DNA of 63,987 nucleotides, filler included, from Chrysochromulina tobinii (taxonomy: Eukaryota), in NCBI GenBank assembly GCA_001275005.1. It is 6 parts of 6 records of this genome, joined end to end, with 100 filler letters (N's around TTAATTAATTAA, not from the genome) between each part and the next. Parts side by side here need not be neighbours in the genome. Positions count along the whole stretch, not along the records: positions 57,094 to 63,987 come from JWZX01001400.1; 5 more parts are not named here. One strand, 5' to 3'. The notes under the pieces were generated by a model. The model was given only the letters and a program-made list of their open reading frames with translations. It was not told the origin of the DNA and searched no databases. Positions 59,915-63,987 of the stretch are shown here, one piece after another (the first letter of the stretch is position 1; each line of letters starts with the position of its first letter). The position numbers were made by a program, and so were the translations under genes.

Positions 59915-62900
59915 CGTTGTGCAATTGCATTGTGCTTCATCTTCCATCGCCATGTCGATGAGCTACTCTCGACCATGCACCATGGGCATGCTCGCATGGA
60001 GCACAAACGGAGGAGATCAAGGGAAAAATCACGGATACAACAGCTTAACTGATATCTTGAGCTTCACGGGCACGCATGCCTCTTCTCTAAGGGAAAGCAT
60101 ATCTTATCTGGGGGGGTACAGCTGTGGACCTGCGGTGCTACATAGAAGGCACTCATGCAGTGGGGGCTGCTCTCAACCTGCAGCCTATGTCAGGTCTTAT
60201 ACTCGGTTCTGGACTCGACGAGCGCCTGCTGCGTTCAATGCTTTCCATGGAGTGCATGATCAAGCACATGTCATAAAGGAAGGGGGGGCGTTGCCAAAGC
60301 ACTGCAAAGAATAACTACTGGGTCTTCCATGTGGCGAATATCTGCAGCATACAAGCGCTTCAATGTGCCCGACACGCTATTGGGCGACATGCTATCTGGG
60401 GGGGGTCATGATCATGAATGGAACATGCAACAAAATGGGAATGCATGCAGCTGTACACACACACCTGACGTCACTGCCACCAGTCCTTGACCCGACATGT
60501 GGCATTGGGGGGGGGGAGGTGTGAGCATCTCCTCGCCTCGATCTCGCTCACTTGGCCTCGGTTCTACACTCACTTGGCTGTGGTGCTTGCAATCTTGGCG
60601 AGGCAGTGTGTGAGCATGAATGTGCCATGCGAGAGATTCACCTTCGACTCTCTGACTCGGTGTGCATGCACTCCTCACTCGAATCTCAGTTGGGGGGGGT
60701 GACACGACCGAGATCTCACCGAGCATAGGGTGGCCTCATTGTAGAGTCACCCAGGTTCCGTGTCTGTGTTGTGTGTACGGTATCGGTAAGTATCCGGAGG
60801 CAGACTAGGCCGGACACCACTGGGACTTGATACTTCTCCCTTTTAGGGAAAGTACGAGCCTTGCGTTGGTTGGACGAGAGTCCTCAGCGCACAGTGGTGC
60901 CCGGCCTCAGTGGTGGCCGTCCTTCTCGTGTACGCCTCAGTCCAGCAGAGACGAGGTGTAGCTACACGAGTGTGTAGCCTCAGTCCGGCAGTGGCCAGTG
61001 ACGAGGCGTAGCTACATGATCAATCCAATACTTATCCCAGGTTCTCCTATGGTAGCGGTTCAAGGTACCTTTCCTCCGCAGACGGCTTCGAGTATGTCAG
61101 CCGCCCGCATCGTTGAGCAATCCGATGCAAACGACAAAGCCGATCCACGCTTGGGAAGCCAGGCAGCATCGGCAATGTCGTCGCGCGATGTGAGACATCG
61201 CTCGCGCCCTCCAATCAACATCTCCGGCACCACGCTTGCAGCTCAATCGCCAAGCTGCGACGTGCGCGTTGCACCTACAACTCCACTGCGCATAACATCG
61301 ATGATCGATACTACAACGATGATCAACACCGTCTCTAAAGACGATCAATGCTTAGCAACATCGGCAATGTCGTCGCGCGATGTGAATCATCACAAGCGCC
61401 CTGCAAACACACCTTGCAACGCAAGCACTGTCGACAATTCCAGTGCCAGCACCGACGCATCTTCCGGTGCCCGCTGTGCATGGCTCGCCCCCTGCTCGCC
61501 ATCTCCTACTTCAATCAGCCACGTTGCGCAAGCGGCGGCCAAAAGCTGCGTGCCAAGCAGCCTTCAAGCTAAAATCGGGCCAACTTCGCCAACAACAGAG
61601 TCTTTCTTATTTTGCTCGGCTCATCACCGTGACGGCCCCGGCGACTCACAGCTCAGCTCGATCGAAGGCTCGGCGCTCGACGGCTTAGACAGCTCTCCGC
61701 TCGACCCCGCGACGCTCGACGGCAATAGAGGATGGCCGCTCAAGTCGGCGCTTGACGCGCCCCTTGGCTCGACGCTTGACGGCCTCGGTAGGTCCCTGCT
61801 CGGCTCGGCGTTTGATGGCCCAAGCAGCTCGCCGCTTATGCCAGCGCACAACGGCCTTCATAGCGTACCGCTCGGCTCGAAGCTTGACAGCTCCAGCAGC
61901 AACACGTTGCTTGGATCGGCGCTTGACGTCGTGAGCACTTCGACTCTCAGCTCGACGCTTGGCTTAGCCCCCGACGGTTCACCGCTTGGCTCGGCGCTCA
62001 ATGGCCTCGGCGGCTCGATGCTCAGCTCAGCGCTCGACGGCCTCGAATGCTCAGTTCCTGATGGCCTTGGCGGCCCAGCGATCAGCTTCGTGCTCGAAGA
62101 CTCGGCGCACGCGTCGGCGCCTGATGTTGCGCTCGACGGCTTGACGCTCGGCTCGGCGCTCGGCGGCATCGACCGCAGTTCGCCACTCGAAGACAACGGC
62201 AAGTTGGCTCTCAATACCTGTCTTGTGTCTTCTGCTCCTGGCTCTTCTCCAGGTGGTTCGAGCACCTGCACCTCTTCGTATTGCGCCCGTGAGCCTCAAC
62301 TCAACGAGGAGCCCGCAGAATTTGGACACCGCGATTTACCTTTTCAACCGATCAGTTCTACCCTTATCACAGATTTCAAAACAAGCTGGCAACAGGCAGT
62401 TTGCAATCTTGCATATCTGTGCGGATGCACCACTCCTACTGGAGTTCATCTAGACGCTCTGTATGCGCGACTTCTCATGGCCATCGGTTTTGAGGCGCTG
62501 CACGCCATTGCCGAAGCAGATTTTGAATTCTTCGACGCCTCATTGTGTATGTTGCGCAGTCTGCCGAATACGGAAGTACGCGATCACATCCTATGGTTCC
62601 GTCCACTTGCACCGACTAAGCGAGCAAGCTCCTGTCGACTCATGTGCCCCAACACGGATGACATCCTCAGGCACTCACAGCGTCTTGCCAGCCTCTGTCA
62701 TCAGTCCGAGCACTTACATTTTGCAACAGTCGAGCTTTGGCAGCAGATGAATGCAAGCACTTGCATATGCGCTGATGAGCGAACACGCTGCACCAGCATA
62801 CCTATGTTCAATCCGCAACAGGAAACCCTCTGTGATAATGTGGGTGCCCTTGCAGACGTCTACTCATGGCTGCTTGCCGAACCTGTTGTGGACTGGCATG

Positions 62901-63987
62901 ATCAATGCGACTGCGAAAGTCTATGCTATGCACTGTTCATGAGAAATTCTCTCACAAGCATTACGGGTCAGGCTCTCGAGTCAATGCAAACTGCCTATTG
63001 TTCACGCGGCCTTGGCTTCTCTGAGCGTTACTTGCCCAACGGCGACACGCTTGCCAGTAACTCGCCCTCCGTTAGCAGCGCGATCACCGATAACTCGCCG
63101 CTCGGATCGTCGCTCGATGGCCTCAGGGGCTTGAGTCCCGACCCGCCGCTCCATGGCTCGACGTTCGACTCAGTGCTCGATGATACCGGCAACTCAACGC
63201 TCGTCTTCACGCTCGATGGCTCGAAGCTCAGCTCAGCGCTTGATGGCGGTGGCAGCTCGACGATGCTCAGGTGCTCCGCGCCTGATGGCTTGACACTCAC
63301 CTCAGTGCTTGGTGGCTCGAAGCTCGGCTCGGCGCTCAATAGCCTCGGCGACTCAGGGCTCTGCACGGCGCTTGATAGTCTCGACGGCTCGGCGCTTGAT
63401 GTAGCGCTCAACAGCTCCACGCTTGGCTCGTCGGTCGATGGTCCTGGCAGCTTGATCTCAGCCATGTTCCCACTCCACAACTCGCTGCTCAACTTGGAGC
63501 TCAGTAGCCTCAGCGGCTTGCCGCCCAGCTCGATACTCGACGGCTGCAGCAGCCTGCCGCCCGATCAGGCACTCGACGGCCTCAGCGGCTTCATGCTAAT
63601 CGGCTCAATGCTCAATGCCCCCGACAGCTCAGGCTTGCCTCTTCCATCCACACTTGATGACCTTGGCAGTTTGCAGCTCAAGCGAGCGTGCGAACAAAAG
63701 AACGAACGCGCAATGATTGCCGCGCGCAAGAAGCAGCAACAGCAGAAGGCGTCGAAAATAGCAAAGAAGCAACTGAAGAAGCTGAAAGCAGAACACGCGC
63801 TCGCCTCACTCAACGGTGGCGGCACGCACGTCTTGCTCGACGGTGGTGACGTGCATCTTGGCTCTGCGCTCGGCGGCTCAGCGCTCAGCCCCACGCTTGA
63901 TGGCCTCATCGGCTCTGCGCTCAGCTCCGCGCCCGATAGCTCAGCACTCGGCTCAGCGCTTGCTGGCTCTGCGCTCGGCGGCTCGGC
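57094..63987. repeat. Large degenerate repeat or unclassified element with a 6675-nt direct-repeat period
   Basis: 57094-57181 equals 63769-63856, and 57833-57963 nearly equals 63857-63987. There are arrays of degenerate ggctcggcgctc units, and GC is lower than in the genes. Confidence 0.7.

Overview
GC-rich eukaryotic nuclear DNA with spliceosomal introns and a selenoprotein; the gene content and style suggest a haptophyte-like alga, which is an inference. The window is six contigs joined by artificial 100-nt N/TTAATTAATTAA/N spacers, so adjacency across them is not biological. Recognisable genes: a sacsin-like protein ending in a RING finger, a spliced receptor-like kinase (beta-helix ectodomain, TM, CUE, kinase), a phosphoesterase/PLC, an EF-hand protein, an ABCC transporter, an IQ-PX protein, a zeta-toxin-like P-loop protein, a SelU/AhpC-TSA-like selenoprotein with in-frame UGA and a 3' SECIS, a 2OG-Fe(II) oxygenase, a frameshifted Helitron Rep, SRPK, a CIB-like protein, a purine phosphoribosyltransferase, presequence protease, a secreted Cys-rich repeat protein and a ~6.7-kb degenerate repeat. 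The most striking signal is the introns. About 25 of them, in six genes on four contigs, share one construction: a variable-length (about 6-53 nt) duplication of the adjacent exon supplies one splice site, and a shared cassette with 10-nt TGA-containing repeats supplies the other. Several are stacked as AG|GT tandem units, and several intronic exon copies differ from the exon mainly at synonymous positions.
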